From assembly GCF_057098645.1 (NCBI RefSeq), contig NZ_CM169472.1: 64,000 nucleotides of DNA, one strand, 5' to 3'. The notes under the pieces were generated by a model. That model saw only the letters and a list, made by a program, of their open reading frames with translations. It did no database searches and was not told the origin of the DNA. The position numbers were made by a program, and so were the translations under genes. Below are positions 14,941 through 30,156 of the stretch, piece after piece (within the stretch, counting starts at the first letter, position 1; every line of letters begins with the position of its first letter).

Positions 14941-15483
14941 ATGATTATCTATTTACACGGTTTTGACTCTAACAGTCCGGGTAACCACGAGAAAGTCTTA
15001 CAATTGCAGTTTATTGACCCGGATGTACGCTTGATAAGCTACAGTACGCGGCATCCGAAACATGATATGCAGCATCTGCTTAAAGAAGTGGACAAAATGT
15101 TGCAACTGAACGTTGACGAGCGTCCGCTAATTTGCGGCGTTGGCCTGGGCGGATACTGGGCGGAACGGATTGGTTTTCTTTGCGACATCCGCCAGGTGAT
15201 CTTCAACCCTAATTTGTTCCCTTATGAGAACATGGAAGGCAAGATTGATCGCCCGGAAGAGTATGCCGATATTGCCACTAAGTGTGTGACCAACTTCCGT
15301 GAGAAGAATCGCGATCGTTGCCTGGTGATTTTGTCGCGTAATGATGAAGCGCTTAACAGCCAGCGGACATCTGAAGAGTTGCATCATTATTACGAGATTG
15401 TCTGGGACGAAGAGCAGACGCACAAATTCAAGAATATCTCCCCGCATTTACAGCGCATTAAAGCGTTCAAAACCCTCGGGTAA
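14941..15483 (+). CDS. ycfP: esterase-like protein YcfP
   Basis: ATG at 14941 gives [15 protein letters not shown] (alpha/beta-hydrolase-like). Confidence 0.85.
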
Positions 15484-15484
15484 A

Positions 15485-15620
15485 TGCCCTCGTCGCATCA
15501 GGTAACCTTGCCGGTACCTGATGCGCTCCGGATTCTGTGGGTCGGATAAGGCGTTTACGCCGCATCCGACTGTCGAGCATCAATGCCTGATGCGCCTCTT
15601 ATCAGGCCTACCGAACGCCC
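15485..15620. repeat. REP/BIME-type palindromic units
   Basis: Several imperfect copies of gcctgatgcg / cgcatcaggc palindromes in alternating orientation. Confidence 0.6.
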
Positions 15621-15882
15621 TACATACACCCCTCACTCTATATCACTCTCACAAATTCGCTCAAATAATAAACAATAAACTCTGTTTTTTGATCTCACCC
15701 GGTAAAGTCGCCTATCTTTTCAGCAACAAAACTTGATTAACATCAATTTTGGTATGACCAATGCACCATTCATGTTATTCTCAATAGCGAAGAACATTTT
15801 CATTGCTGTAACCTGTTGTTAATTAAGAGCTATGTTAATAACCATTAATTAACAATTGGTTAATAAATTTAAGGGGGTCACG

Positions 15883-17187
15883 TTGACTACGCCATTGAAA
15901 AAAATTGTGATTGTCGGCGGCGGTGCTGGTGGGCTGGAAATGGCAACACAGCTGGGATATAAGCTGGGACGCAAGAAAAAAGCCAAAATTACGCTGGTCG
16001 ATCGTAACCACAGCCACCTGTGGAAACCGCTGCTGCACGAAGTGGCGACTGGCTCGCTTGATGAAGGCGTCGATGCGTTGAGCTATCTGGCCCATGCGCG
16101 CAATCATGGTTTCCAGTTCCAGCTGGGTTCCGTCATTGATATTGATCGTGAAGCGAAAACAATCACTATTGCAGAACTGCGCGATGAGAAAGGTGAACTG
16201 CTGGTTCCGGAACGTAAAATCGCCTATGACACACTGGTAATGGCGCTGGGTAGCACCTCTAACGATTTCAATACGCCAGGTGTCAAAGAGAACTGCATTT
16301 TCCTCGATAACCCGCACCAGGCGTGTCGCTTTCACCAGGAGATGCTGAATCTCTTCCTGAAATACTCCGCCAACCTGGGCGCAAATGGCAAAGTGAACAT
16401 TGCGATTGTCGGCGGCGGCGCGACGGGTGTAGAACTCTCCGCTGAACTGCACAACGCGGTCAAGCAACTGCACAGCTACGGTTACAAAGGCCTGACCAAC
16501 GAAGCCCTGAACGTAACGCTGGTAGAAGCGGGTGAACGTATTTTGCCTGCATTACCGCCACGTATCTCTGCTGCGGCCCACAACGAGCTAACGAAACTTG
16601 GCGTTCGCGTGCTGACGCAAACCATGGTCACCAGTGCTGATGAAGGCGGCCTGCACACTAAAGATGGCGAATATATTGAGGCTGATCTGATGGTATGGGC
16701 AGCCGGGATCAAAGCGCCAGACTTCCTGAAAGATATCGGTGGTCTTGAAACTAACCGTATCAACCAGCTGGTGGTGGAACCGACGCTGCAAACCACCCGC
16801 GATCCAGACATTTACGCTATTGGCGACTGCGCGTCATGCCCGCGTCCGGAAGGGGGCTTTGTTCCGCCGCGTGCTCAGGCTGCACACCAGATGGCGACTT
16901 GCGCAATGAACAACATTCTGGCGCAGATGAACGGTAAGCCGCTGAAAAATTATCAGTATAAAGATCATGGTTCGCTGGTATCGCTGTCGAACTTCTCCAC
17001 CGTCGGTAGCCTGATGGGTAACCTGACGCGCGGCTCAATGATGATTGAAGGACGAATTGCGCGCTTTGTATATATCTCGCTATACCGAATGCATCAGATT
17101 GCGCTGCATGGTTACTTTAAAACCGGATTAATGATGCTGGTGGGGAGTATTAACCGCGTTATCCGTCCGCGTTTGAAGTTGCATTAA
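15883..17187 (+). CDS. ndh: NADH dehydrogenase II
   Basis: Product begins [20 protein letters not shown] (FAD Rossmann motif); no in-frame ATG, so a TTG at 15883 preceded by SD aaggggg is the likely start; upstream TTG at 15856 is the alternative. Confidence 0.9.
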   Translation: MTTPLKKIVIVGGGAGGLEMATQLGYKLGRKKKAKITLVDRNHSHLWKPLLHEVATGSLDEGVDALSYLAHARNHGFQFQLGSVIDIDREAKTITIAELRDEKGELLVPERKIAYDTLVMALGSTSNDFNTPGVKENCIFLDNPHQACRFHQEMLNLFLKYSANLGANGKVNIAIVGGGATGVELSAELHNAVKQLHSYGYKGLTNEALNVTLVEAGERILPALPPRISAAAHNELTKLGVRVLTQTMVTSADEGGLHTKDGEYIEADLMVWAAGIKAPDFLKDIGGLETNRINQLVVEPTLQTTRDPDIYAIGDCASCPRPEGGFVPPRAQAAHQMATCAMNNILAQMNGKPLKNYQYKDHGSLVSLSNFSTVGSLMGNLTRGSMMIEGRIARFVYISLYRMHQIALHGYFKTGLMMLVGSINRVIRPRLKLH

Positions 17188-17194
17188 TCGACGT

Positions 17195-17295
17195 ACACTG
17201 GCGGATGTGGCATAAACGCCTCATCCGCCCTGGACAAATGGTACGAGCGGTAGGCCTGATAAGATGCGTTAAGCGTCGCATCAGGCATTCCTTCA
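17195..17295. repeat. REP-type palindromic units
   Basis: gcctgataagatgcg...cgcatcaggc-type palindromes downstream of ndh. Confidence 0.5.
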
Positions 17296-17413
17296 GACTC
17301 CTCCGAATCCTTAAGTATTTCCAGCCATTCCCGCGCTTTTCATCTTCTGTCTGATAGCTGCTTTTCTCCTTCGCTTGCATGATTGGCATAACTGCAAAGA
17401 AGGAGGTATTCCC

Positions 17414-17953
17414 GTGAATAAATCAATGTTGGCGGGTATCGGGATTGGTGTCGCAGCTGCGCTTGGCGTAGCGGCAGTGGCCAGTCTGAACGTGTTTGAA
17501 CGTGGCCCGCAATACGCTCAGGTTGTTTCTGCAACCCCAATCAAGGAAACGGTTAAAACACCGCGTCAGGAGTGTCGCAACGTCACAGTGACCCATCGTC
17601 GACCGGTGCAGGATGAAAATCGCATTACCGGGTCGGTGCTCGGAGCTGTTGCTGGCGGCGTGATAGGGCATCAGTTTGGTGGTGGTCGTGGTAAAGATGT
17701 CGCCACTGTTGTGGGGGCGCTGGGTGGTGGATATGCCGGTAACCAGATCCAGGGCTCTCTCCAGGAAAGCGATACTTACACGACTACGCAACAGCGTTGT
17801 AAAACGGTGTATGACAAGTCAGAAAAAATGCTCGGTTATGATGTGACCTATAAGATTGGCGATCAGCAGGGCAAAATCCGCATGGACCGCGATCCGGGTA
17901 CGCAGATCCCGCTAGATAGTAACGGGCAACTGATTTTGAATAACAAAGTATAA
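17414..17953 (+). CDS. ycfJ: glycine-zipper membrane protein YcfJ
   Basis: GTG at 17414 gives VNKSMLAGIGIGVAAALG... with Gly-rich transmembrane repeats. Confidence 0.85.
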   Translation: MNKSMLAGIGIGVAAALGVAAVASLNVFERGPQYAQVVSATPIKETVKTPRQECRNVTVTHRRPVQDENRITGSVLGAVAGGVIGHQFGGGRGKDVATVVGALGGGYAGNQIQGSLQESDTYTTTQQRCKTVYDKSEKMLGYDVTYKIGDQQGKIRMDRDPGTQIPLDSNGQLILNNKV

Positions 17954-17973
17954 CAAGGCTGTACTCTGCAATT

Positions 17974-18010
17974 TGGCCCCTCATTCGCTCAGGCTGAGGG
18001 GCTTTTTTTG
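17974..18010 (+). terminator. terminator after ycfJ
   Basis: ggcccctcattcgctcaggctgaggggc hairpin followed by TTTTTTT. Confidence 0.5.
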
Positions 18011-18014
18011 CGAC

Positions 18015-18647
18015 TTATTTCACCAGTTCGGGCCATAAACGCAAAGTCGTTCCGGCAATCTGCATCAGTTTTTCCAGCGATGCACCTTCGCGTGCGCTGA
18101 TCGACATCCCCTGAATAATGCAATTAAGGAATTCTGCCAGATGTGTCACGTCACAGTGGGTCGGGATTTCCCCGCGCGCTTGTCGTTGACATAAAAACTG
18201 CTGCAAAGTGCGCTCTTGCATCGCATGGCGTGATTTCAACGTATTGGCGATATCTCCTGAATCTGGGGAGAGGGTGGTGCAGTTGTTGATCATGAAGCAG
18301 CCTGCCGGGGTGTCTTTGCTGGTAAAGCAGTTGGCGATGGCAGCAAAATAGTCAGCCAGCGCAGACTCCACGCTTTTCTCTTCACAAAACAGCTGTGCTT
18401 CATGCTTAGCGGCAAAACGATCGATATAGCGGTCGAGAACGGCACGAAATAACCCCTCTTTGTTGGTAAATTCCGCGTATAGCGTGGGCGCTTTGGCTCC
18501 GGTCGCTTCGACGAGGTCCGCAAGAGAAGTCGCTTCATAACCGTGTTGCCAGAACAATTTCATGGCCTTATCAAGCGCGGCATCCCTGTCGAACACTTTT
18601 GGGCGGCCACGGCTTTTTTTTACACATTGTGTTGAGTCAGTTGCCAT
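18015..18647 (-). CDS. comR: TetR-family transcriptional repressor
   Basis: Start at 18647 gives MATDSTQCVKKSRGRPKVFDRD... with TetR-type HTH. Confidence 0.85.
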   Translation of the reverse strand: MATDSTQCVKKSRGRPKVFDRDAALDKAMKLFWQHGYEATSLADLVEATGAKAPTLYAEFTNKEGLFRAVLDRYIDRFAAKHEAQLFCEEKSVESALADYFAAIANCFTSKDTPAGCFMINNCTTLSPDSGDIANTLKSRHAMQERTLQQFLCQRQARGEIPTHCDVTHLAEFLNCIIQGMSISAREGASLEKLMQIAGTTLRLWPELVK

Positions 18648-18887
18648 GATGCCGTTATACCTGGTGACTGTGAATGAAAGGTTATTATAAAAATAATCAC
18701 CTCCGTTCACCAGTCCAGATCCCATAAAAATAATTGCTTTCTATTTAACTGAAATTTAAAGATTTTTAAATTAATTAATGATTGTTATAAAAAATATCTT
18801 GTATGTGATCAAGATCACATCTATCATTTAGTTATCGATCGTTAAGTAATTGCTTGCGACGTCATTCATCTGCATAAGGCCACTATT

Positions 18888-19145
18888 ATGAAAAACGTAA
18901 AAACCCTCATCGCTGCGGCGATTTTAAGCTCCATGTCATTTGCCAGCTTTGCGGCTGTCGAAGTTCAGTCAACGCCAGAAGGCCAACAAAAAGTCGGTAC
19001 AATCAGTGCTAACGCGGGGACAAATCTGGGATCGCTGGAAGAGCAGCTGGCGCAAAAAGCGGATGAGATGGGCGCAAAATCTTTCCGTATTACTTCTGTA
19101 ACCGGTCCGAATACCCTCCATGGAACAGCAGTAATTTATAAATAA
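18888..19145 (+). CDS. bhsA: YhcN/BhsA-family stress-induced outer-membrane protein
   Basis: 85-aa secreted protein with signal peptide, DUF1471-like. Confidence 0.9.
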   Translation: MKNVKTLIAAAILSSMSFASFAAVEVQSTPEGQQKVGTISANAGTNLGSLEEQLAQKADEMGAKSFRITSVTGPNTLHGTAVIYK

Positions 19146-19226
19146 GCATTAACCCTCATTAATGCCTGCTACTGCTGATTTTTTCCCCGCGACATGCCGT
19201 GTCGCGGGGATTTTTTTATCCAGGAT

Positions 19227-20189
19227 TTACAGAGTTTGTGGGCTCACTTGATGACGGCGGACATCCACCGGCATCCCGGAACGGACATCCATCACATGTT
19301 GCATCACTTCAGCGTCAGTTTGTGCTGCATTTTTAAATGATTGCATTGCGCTATTCAGCGTAATTGGCAGCAGCTGCGGATCGTCATCAATCTTCTCTGA
19401 CAGCGGCTGATGTACTTCAACCAGACGCGCACCGTTTGGTTCGGCAGAGACTTTTATCGGAGTGTTGATGATATTCACTTTGGTGCCTGGGGTGACCTGG
19501 CTAAAGAGTGTTTTGATATCGTCATCCCGCAGACGAATACAGCCAGAACTTACCCGCATGCCAATGCCGAAATCGGCGTTCGTACCATGAAGCAAATAAA
19601 CGCCGCCATAGGCCGCCAGACGAATCGCATGATGGCCCATTGGGTTATCCGGTCCAGCCGGCACTACCGCAGGCAACTCAATTCCCTGTGCTTTATAACG
19701 GGCGCGGATGTTTGCCGTTGGCGTCCAGGTTGGGTTTGCACGTTTGTCTGAAACGGTGGTCACCATTGTCGGTGTCAGCGTGTCACCACCTAACTGACCA
19801 ATACCTATTGGATACACGGTTACCGAATTTTTACCCGGCGGGTAGTAATAGAGACGCAGCTCAGCAATGTTGATCACAATGCCTTCACGCGGCGCGTCTG
19901 GAAGTAGGGTTTGCAACGGGATCGTTAACACTCTGCCCGCGCGCGGTACGTAAGGATCAACGCCGGGGTTAGCCTGTAACAGAGCGAGAAAGCCGACGTT
20001 ATATTTTTTGGCGATGGCTTCCAGAGAACCACCGTCATTTTCCACCACATGAAATTTGTTTTCGCCAACCAGACGACTGCCCGCTGGCGGCAGCGGCCAG
20101 GTGTTGGCTTTTGCCGGTAGCGCCAGCGCCACGGCAGCGGCGAACGTAAAAAACGTTAGCCAGCGAGAAAAACGCGTTTTGATCATCAC
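19227..20189 (-). CDS. ldtC: L,D-transpeptidase
   Basis: 320-aa ORF with signal peptide and YkuD-type catalytic motif SSGCIRL. Confidence 0.9.
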   Translation of the reverse strand: MMIKTRFSRWLTFFTFAAAVALALPAKANTWPLPPAGSRLVGENKFHVVENDGGSLEAIAKKYNVGFLALLQANPGVDPYVPRAGRVLTIPLQTLLPDAPREGIVINIAELRLYYYPPGKNSVTVYPIGIGQLGGDTLTPTMVTTVSDKRANPTWTPTANIRARYKAQGIELPAVVPAGPDNPMGHHAIRLAAYGGVYLLHGTNADFGIGMRVSSGCIRLRDDDIKTLFSQVTPGTKVNIINTPIKVSAEPNGARLVEVHQPLSEKIDDDPQLLPITLNSAMQSFKNAAQTDAEVMQHVMDVRSGMPVDVRRHQVSPQTL

Positions 20190-20332
20190 CAAAAATCCAT
20201 AATAAATATAAGGTTATTGTAATAAACAGTTAAGCCTGAATTATGGATGGTGACAGTGTCGGATAGTGCAGGGAAGTGCAAAGAATTTGTAAATGTTGCA
20301 GATGGGGGCGCAGAAACGCCCCCGATTTACCA

Positions 20333-23300
20333 TTAAGCGATCGCGTTCTCTTCCAGTTCACGCATAAACTGGCGTACCCATTCGATACGCGTTTTCCGCT
20401 CACTCAAATCCTGAATAAATTTCAGGCGCGTCGGACCATCAAGGCGGTAATGCTGCGGCTGTTTTTGCAGCAAACCAATCAACCAGGCCGGATTAACGTG
20501 ATTCTTCTCGGCAAATTCGATCACCCCGCCTTTCTCATTACCTTCCAGCTTCCTGATCCCCAGTTTCTGCGCTTGCTGGCGCAGACGGGCAATATCCAGC
20601 AGGGTACGCGCCGGATCCGGCAGCAGGCCGAAGCGATCGATAAGCTCGACTTTGATCTCTTCCAGTTCGTTTTCCGTTTTGGCGCTGGCAATACGTTTGT
20701 AGAACGACAGACGCGTGTTCACGTCAGGGATGAAATCATCTGGCAATAGCGACGGCATCCGCAGCTCGACTTCTGTTTGCTGGCTGGTGAGATCTTCCAG
20801 CGACGGCTCGCGTCCGGCTTTCAGTGCATCGACGGCGTTTTCCAGCAACTCCATATACAGCGAGAAACCGATGGTTTCCATTGAGCCGCTTTGTTCTTCG
20901 CCAAGCAGTTCACCCGCGCCGCGAATCTCCAGATCGTGCGTTGCCAGCGCAAAACCTGCCCCGAGATCTTCCAGCGAGGCAATCGCTTCAAGACGTTTTT
21001 GTGCATCGGTAGTCATCGCTTTTGGATGCGGTGTCAGCAACCATGCATATGCCTGATGATGCGAACGTCCGACGCGACCGCGTAACTGGTGCAGCTGCGC
21101 CAGACCGAAGTGATCCGCGCGTTCAATGATAATGGTGTTGGCTGTCGGGATGTCGATCCCGGTTTCGATAATGGTTGTACAAACCAGCACGTTGAAACGT
21201 TGATGATGGAAATCATTCATCACCCGTTCCAGTTCGCGCTCGCGCATCTGCCCGTGACCGATGGCGATCCGCGCTTCTGGCACCAGTTCTGCCAGCCGTT
21301 CGGCGGCTTTCTGAATGTTTTCCACATCATTGTAGAGATAATAAACCTGCCCCCCGCGCAAAATTTCACGCAGGATCGCCTCCCGGACCACCAGGCTGTC
21401 ATACTCACGGACAAAGGTTTTAACTGCCAGACGACGGGCGGGCGGCGTGGCTATAATCGACAGGTCACGCATTCCGCTCATTGCCATATTCAGCGTACGT
21501 GGGATCGGCGTTGCAGTAAGCGTCAGAATATCCACGTTCGCGCGCATCGCTTTAATGCGCTCTTTATGACGCACCCCGAAGCGGTGTTCTTCATCGACAA
21601 TCAGCAGGCCTAAATCTTTAAACTTGACGTCACTTTGCAGCAGTTTGTGCGTACCGATCAGAATATCGATTTTCCCTTCCGCCACTTCCGCAAGGATTTG
21701 CGTCTGCTCTTTGGCGCTGCGGAAACGGGAGATCATTTCGATACGGACCGGCCAGTTGGCGAAACGGTCGCGGAAGTTGTCGTAATGCTGCTGCGCGAGA
21801 AGGGTGGTAGGCACCAGCACCGCCACCTGCTTGTGGTTATCTACTGCCAGGAAAGCGGCGCGCATTGCCACTTCTGTTTTACCAAAGCCAACATCGCCGC
21901 ACACCAGACGATCCATTGCCAGCGGCTGACACATGTCGCTAAGTACCGCATTAATGGCCTGCGCCTGATCCGGCGTGGTTTCAAACGGGAAGCTGTCGCA
22001 GAACAACTGATACTGCTCACGATCGTGTTTAAACGCGAAGCCCTCTTTGGCGGCGCGTTGCGCGTAGATATCCAGCAATTCCGCCGCCACATCACGCACT
22101 TTTTCCGCCGCTTTCTGCCGCGCGCGTGACCACGCATCGCCGCCAAGTTTATGCAGCGGGGCGTTTTCTTCCGCGCCACCTGCGTAACGGCTAATCAGAT
22201 GCAGTGACGACACCGGAACATACAGTTTGGCGTCGTTGGCATAGGTGAGCATCAGGTACTCGCCAGTAATGCCGCCAGCTTCCAGCGTGGTCATTCCGGC
22301 ATAGCGACCGACGCCGTGCTCCAGATGGACCACCGGCTGGCCAATATGCAGCTCCGCGAGGTTGCGGATCAGTGTATCGGGGTTGATGGTGCGGCGAGAA
22401 TCCTGACGACGGCGGGCAACGCGTTCACCGAGCAGATCGCTTTCGCAAATCAGCGCCAGGTTACGCACCGTATCGACAAAACCATGCTCTGCAGCGCCAA
22501 TCATCAAATAACGCCCACGGTCGCTGGCTTCATCAAGACGCATAATGCGTTGCGGAGCAATTTTAATTCGTGCGAGCAGTTCACCCAGCGCTTCACGGCG
22601 ACCTTCACTTTCTACCGAGAACACCACCGGACCGTCGAAAGTCTCGAGGAACTTACGCAGCGCATCCAGCGGCGCTTTTTGTTGTGCCTGAACGGCCAGG
22701 TCTGGCAGTTTCTGGAAACCTAAATTGGCATTCGCGGCTTTTGTCGGTAAATGTTCAGTTTTTAGCTGCACTCGGGGCCAGTTTTTCAGCTCTGAGAAGA
22801 GCTCGTCCACCCGCAGCCAGAGCGATTGTGGTGGCAACAGTGGGCGCATCGGATCGACGCCGCGATTCTCAAAACGCGCCAGCGTGTCAGCCTGGAAACG
22901 TTCGGCACTGTTTTCCAGATCGCCAGTATTCACCAGCAAGGTATTGGCAGGGAAATAACTGAACAGCGGCGGCAGTGGTTCGCTGAAGAACAATGGCTGC
23001 CAGTACTCGATCCCGGCTGGTAATGTGCCTTTACTCACTTGCTGGTAAATATGTTCCGGATCGCGCTTCACTTCGAAGGTATCGCGCCACTGGCTGCGGA
23101 ACAGTTCAATTGCCGCTTTATCGGTCGGAAATTCGTGCGCGGGCAACAGATTAATCGCTTCTACTTCCTCCAGCGTGCGCTGGCTGTCGACGTCAAACAC
23201 CCGCAGGCTGTCGATTTCATCATCAAAGAAATCAAGACGATAAGGCAGCTCACTCCCCATCGGGAAGAGATCCAGCAACGCGCCGCGCGTGGCGTATTCG

Positions 23301-23779
23301 CCGTGCTCCATCACCTGGTCAACATGGCGATAACCGGCGCTGTCCAGTTGGGTTCGTAATGCATCTCGTGACAGGCGCTGACCTTTTTTCATCACCAGCG
23401 CATGACCGTGGAGAAAACTGTGTGGGCAAACGCGCTGCATAAGCGTATTCACCGGAACAATCAGTACGCCACGCTGCATCGTCGGTAGCTGGTAAAGGGT
23501 GGAAAGGCGCGAGGAGATAATGTCCTGATGAGGCGAAAAACTGTCGTAAGGGAGGGTTTCCCAGTCCGCAAGATTCATCACCATCTGATCGGTGAACTGG
23601 CTGATTTCATCATGCAAACGCAGAGCATTTTGCATATCTGGTGCAATGAGTACCACCGGACCGGCGTGACGTTCGGCAATTTCCGCCACCAGCGTCGCGC
23701 AGGCAGCGCCGGTTAACTCGCCCAGCAGACGCTGCTCACCCGCTTTGACGGGCAGCGTATAACGATATTGTTCAGGCAT
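20333..23779 (-). CDS. mfd: transcription-repair coupling factor
   Basis: Start at 23779 gives MPEQYRYTLPVKAGEQ...; superfamily-2 helicase motifs GDVGFGKTEVA and DEEHRFG. Confidence 0.95.
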   Translation of the reverse strand: MPEQYRYTLPVKAGEQRLLGELTGAACATLVAEIAERHAGPVVLIAPDMQNALRLHDEISQFTDQMVMNLADWETLPYDSFSPHQDIISSRLSTLYQLPTMQRGVLIVPVNTLMQRVCPHSFLHGHALVMKKGQRLSRDALRTQLDSAGYRHVDQVMEHGEYATRGALLDLFPMGSELPYRLDFFDDEIDSLRVFDVDSQRTLEEVEAINLLPAHEFPTDKAAIELFRSQWRDTFEVKRDPEHIYQQVSKGTLPAGIEYWQPLFFSEPLPPLFSYFPANTLLVNTGDLENSAERFQADTLARFENRGVDPMRPLLPPQSLWLRVDELFSELKNWPRVQLKTEHLPTKAANANLGFQKLPDLAVQAQQKAPLDALRKFLETFDGPVVFSVESEGRREALGELLARIKIAPQRIMRLDEASDRGRYLMIGAAEHGFVDTVRNLALICESDLLGERVARRRQDSRRTINPDTLIRNLAELHIGQPVVHLEHGVGRYAGMTTLEAGGITGEYLMLTYANDAKLYVPVSSLHLISRYAGGAEENAPLHKLGGDAWSRARQKAAEKVRDVAAELLDIYAQRAAKEGFAFKHDREQYQLFCDSFPFETTPDQAQAINAVLSDMCQPLAMDRLVCGDVGFGKTEVAMRAAFLAVDNHKQVAVLVPTTLLAQQHYDNFRDRFANWPVRIEMISRFRSAKEQTQILAEVAEGKIDILIGTHKLLQSDVKFKDLGLLIVDEEHRFGVRHKERIKAMRANVDILTLTATPIPRTLNMAMSGMRDLSIIATPPARRLAVKTFVREYDSLVVREAILREILRGGQVYYLYNDVENIQKAAERLAELVPEARIAIGHGQMRERELERVMNDFHHQRFNVLVCTTIIETGIDIPTANTIIIERADHFGLAQLHQLRGRVGRSHHQAYAWLLTPHPKAMTTDAQKRLEAIASLEDLGAGFALATHDLEIRGAGELLGEEQSGSMETIGFSLYMELLENAVDALKAGREPSLEDLTSQQTEVELRMPSLLPDDFIPDVNTRLSFYKRIASAKTENELEEIKVELIDRFGLLPDPARTLLDIARLRQQAQKLGIRKLEGNEKGGVIEFAEKNHVNPAWLIGLLQKQPQHYRLDGPTRLKFIQDLSERKTRIEWVRQFMRELEENAIA

Positions 23780-23906
23780 AACGGTTGTCAGATTCTCGTT
23801 AGGATATGCCTCAACATATGGGGGCATATCTCTGATAAGCAATGCTGTTCATTATCCGTAATCGACATGGTTTAGCAAATTGAATCGCCCCGGCTGGGGC
23901 GATGGC

Positions 23907-24980
23907 TTAGCGGGAGTAACTGATGGCCGCGGGCAGAGAAGGCGGGGAGAACAACAGATCGCTGAATGCACGCTGTGAAAGTTTTCTCACCTGCAAGCCC
24001 GCAACAGTACAGATGAACAAACTGACAAAGGGATAAACCAGCAGGAGTGTCAGTTCGACTTGCGGCGACCAGCGTGCTGCGTTCATTTGCGCAAGCAGAG
24101 TTAAGCTGAATATTTCAACCAGAATGCGATGGGTGGTGTAGATAGCAATGGTGTTGGAGCCAATCACATTCAGCAGGCTGGTGGAGCGCATGCCGAATCG
24201 TTGCTCGTATTGATAAAACAGCTTCATGATCACCACAATCGATACCAGCGACAACAGCAGCGAGATAGTAAACAACCAGGCACCGACCGCCAGAACGGTA
24301 AGCAAAGAAGCCATCAGCAGATGGCGGCGCAACGGCACCTCTTTAACACAGGTCATTATTGTTGCGCCAAACCATGCGCCAAGGCTGTAATAAGGCAAAT
24401 TGCGGATCACACTGTTCATTCCCCACCACGGCGTGGGAACGAAATTAACCGCCACACTCAGCAGTACAAACAAGGCGAATAGTGGCAGCGCCAGACGGCT
24501 AAAAATTTTACATACCACGAAATAGACAATTAACGCATACAGATACCACAAGCTGGTGCTGGCGGTGAGCATCCCGTGCAGGAACTCACCGGTGGAATCG
24601 GCATACGCGGCATTGGAAGCGTTGCTTAAATCGCGCTCAGGTGCCAGCCACTGGTTCAGCGCACTTAACGCCAGCCACTGCACCACGCCCCAAAGCGCCA
24701 GCACCCAAAAGATGCTCCAGATGCGTTTATCGAGACAATTTCCCCACGGTACGCTGTCGATATAGCGGCGAATTAAATAGCCGGAAATAAAGAAAAAAAC
24801 CGGCATACGAAAGGGAGCAAGGTAAAGATTGAAATAGATCCAGCATTTGCTCAGGACTTCCGATAACGGATGCTGAAAAGTGGTCAGATGCGGATAAAAG
24901 GTAATGACCGAGTGATAAATTACTACCAGACAAATACATAACCCTTTGATCTGGTTAATCCATAGCTCTTTTTGTTTCAT
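23907..24980 (-). CDS. ycfT: inner-membrane acyltransferase-family protein YcfT
   Basis: 357-aa polytopic membrane protein; synteny between mfd and lolC. Confidence 0.85.
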   Translation of the reverse strand: MKQKELWINQIKGLCICLVVIYHSVITFYPHLTTFQHPLSEVLSKCWIYFNLYLAPFRMPVFFFISGYLIRRYIDSVPWGNCLDKRIWSIFWVLALWGVVQWLALSALNQWLAPERDLSNASNAAYADSTGEFLHGMLTASTSLWYLYALIVYFVVCKIFSRLALPLFALFVLLSVAVNFVPTPWWGMNSVIRNLPYYSLGAWFGATIMTCVKEVPLRRHLLMASLLTVLAVGAWLFTISLLLSLVSIVVIMKLFYQYEQRFGMRSTSLLNVIGSNTIAIYTTHRILVEIFSLTLLAQMNAARWSPQVELTLLLVYPFVSLFICTVAGLQVRKLSQRAFSDLLFSPPSLPAAISYSR

Positions 24981-25130
24981 CAGGACAACATGCTATTTTT
25001 TAATTTACATACGGTTGATCCTGCGGGTTATGGCCCTATGTGTAATGGGTATCTGTCTGTATTGGATGATTTTTCAGATTAAGATCAGGCGGCAAGATTG
25101 ATGATAAAACATGGCAATTTAGCCGATTGA

Positions 25131-28379
<3,249 letters not shown>

Positions 28380-28407
28380 AGGCAGTACATTAAAACAAGG
28401 AGCGGCA

Positions 28408-29319
28408 ATGTATTACGGGTTTGATATTGGTGGAACAAAAATTGCGCTTGGCGTGTTTGATAGCGGTCGGCAGTTGCAGTGGGAAAAGCGGGTGCCGACA
28501 CCGCGTGATAGCTATGACGCATTTTTAGATGCAGTGTGCGAGCTGGTAGCCGAAGCTGATCAACGTTTTGGCTGTAGAGGTTCTGTCGGCATCGGTATTC
28601 CGGGAATGCCGGAAACAGAAGATGGTACGCTGTATGCCGCCAATGTCCCCGCTGCCAGCGGTAAACCGCTGCGTGCCGACCTGAGCGCACGTCTTGATCG
28701 CGATGTACGCCTTGATAACGATGCCAACTGTTTTGCCCTTTCAGAAGCCTGGGATGATGAATTTACGCAATATCCACTGGTGATGGGGTTGATTCTCGGC
28801 ACCGGCGTTGGCGGCGGGCTGATTTTCAACGGCAAACCGATTACCGGTAAAAGCTACATTACCGGCGAGTTTGGCCATATGCGTCTGCCGGTTGATGCGT
28901 TAACCATGATGGGGTTGGATTTCCCGTTACGCCGCTGCGGCTGTGGTCAGCATGGCTGCATTGAAAATTATCTGTCTGGTCGCGGTTTTGCGTGGCTGTA
29001 TCAACACTATTATCATCAACCGTTGCAGGCTCCCGAAATTATTGCGCTTTATGATCAAGGCGATGAGCAGGCAAGGGCGCACGTTGAGCGTTATCTGGAT
29101 TTATTAGCGGTTTGTCTGGGAAATATCCTGACCATCGTTGACCCTGACCTGGTCGTCATTGGTGGTGGCTTATCGAATTTCCCGGCAATCACAACGCAAC
29201 TGGCGGACAGGCTGCCTCGTCATCTCTTACCTGTAGCTCGTGTTCCGCGCATTGAACGCGCGCGCCACGGTGATGCGGGAGGAATGCGTGGTGCGGCCTT
29301 CCTACATCTAACCGATTAA
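28408..29319 (+). CDS. nagK: N-acetyl-D-glucosamine kinase
   Basis: ATG at 28408 gives [15 protein letters not shown] (ROK/sugar-kinase motif). Confidence 0.9.
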   Translation: MYYGFDIGGTKIALGVFDSGRQLQWEKRVPTPRDSYDAFLDAVCELVAEADQRFGCRGSVGIGIPGMPETEDGTLYAANVPAASGKPLRADLSARLDRDVRLDNDANCFALSEAWDDEFTQYPLVMGLILGTGVGGGLIFNGKPITGKSYITGEFGHMRLPVDALTMMGLDFPLRRCGCGQHGCIENYLSGRGFAWLYQHYYHQPLQAPEIIALYDQGDEQARAHVERYLDLLAVCLGNILTIVDPDLVVIGGGLSNFPAITTQLADRLPRHLLPVARVPRIERARHGDAGGMRGAAFLHLTD

Positions 29320-29334
29320 ACAACAGAGGTTGCT

Positions 29335-30156
29335 ATGCTGTCGCGTCGGGGTCATCGGTTAAGTCGTTTTCGTAAAAATAAACGCCGCCTGCGCGAGCGT
29401 TTGCGTCAGCGTATTTTTTTCAGAGATAAAGTGGTGCCGGAAGCAATGGAAAAACCAAGAGTACTCGTACTGACAGGGGCAGGAATTTCTGCGGAATCAG
29501 GTATTCGTACCTTTCGCGCCGCAGATGGCCTGTGGGAAGAACATCGGGTTGAAGATGTGGCAACGCCGGAAGGTTTCGATCGCGATCCTGAACTGGTGCA
29601 AGCGTTTTATAACGCCCGTCGTCGACAGCTGCAGCAGCCAGAAATTCAGCCTAACGCCGCGCATCTTGCGCTGGCTAAACTGCAAGATGCTCTCGGCGAT
29701 CGCTTTTTGCTGGTGACGCAGAATATAGACAACCTGCATGAACGCGCAGGTAATACCAATGTGATTCATATGCATGGGGAACTGCTGAAAGTTCGTTGTT
29801 CACAAAGTGGTCAGGTTCTCGACTGGACCGGAGACGTTACCCCAGAAGATAAATGCCATTGCTGCCAGTTCCCGGCACCCTTGCGCCCGCACGTAGTGTG
29901 GTTTGGCGAAATGCCACTCGGCATGGATGAAATTTATATGGCGTTGTCGATGGCCGATATTTTCATTGCCATTGGTACTTCGGGGCATGTTTATCCGGCG
30001 GCTGGGTTTGTTCACGAAGCGAAACTGCATGGCGCGCACACCGTGGAGCTGAATCTTGAACCAAGTCAGGTCGGTAATGAATTTGCCGAGAAATATTACG
30101 GCCCGGCAAGCCAGGTGGTGCCAGAATTTGTTGAAAAGTTGCTGAAGGGATTATAA
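29335..30156 (+). CDS. cobB: NAD-dependent protein deacylase (sirtuin)
   Basis: 273-aa ORF with sirtuin motifs [12 protein letters not shown] and CxxC...CxxC zinc ribbon. Confidence 0.9.
   Translation: MLSRRGHRLSRFRKNKRRLRERLRQRIFFRDKVVPEAMEKPRVLVLTGAGISAESGIRTFRAADGLWEEHRVEDVATPEGFDRDPELVQAFYNARRRQLQQPEIQPNAAHLALAKLQDALGDRFLLVTQNIDNLHERAGNTNVIHMHGELLKVRCSQSGQVLDWTGDVTPEDKCHCCQFPAPLRPHVVWFGEMPLGMDEIYMALSMADIFIAIGTSGHVYPAAGFVHEAKLHGAHTVELNLEPSQVGNEFAEKYYGPASQVVPEFVEKLLKGL

Noticed and set aside
15856-15882. Nine-codon N-terminal extension of ndh
   Set aside because: Both candidate starts are TTG; the downstream TTG at 15883 has a strong SD at ideal spacing and gives the canonical Ndh N-terminus.
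20715-23716. Several 60-170-codon plus-strand ORFs inside mfd
   Set aside because: All are antisense to an intact 1148-codon mfd; none has a convincing start context.
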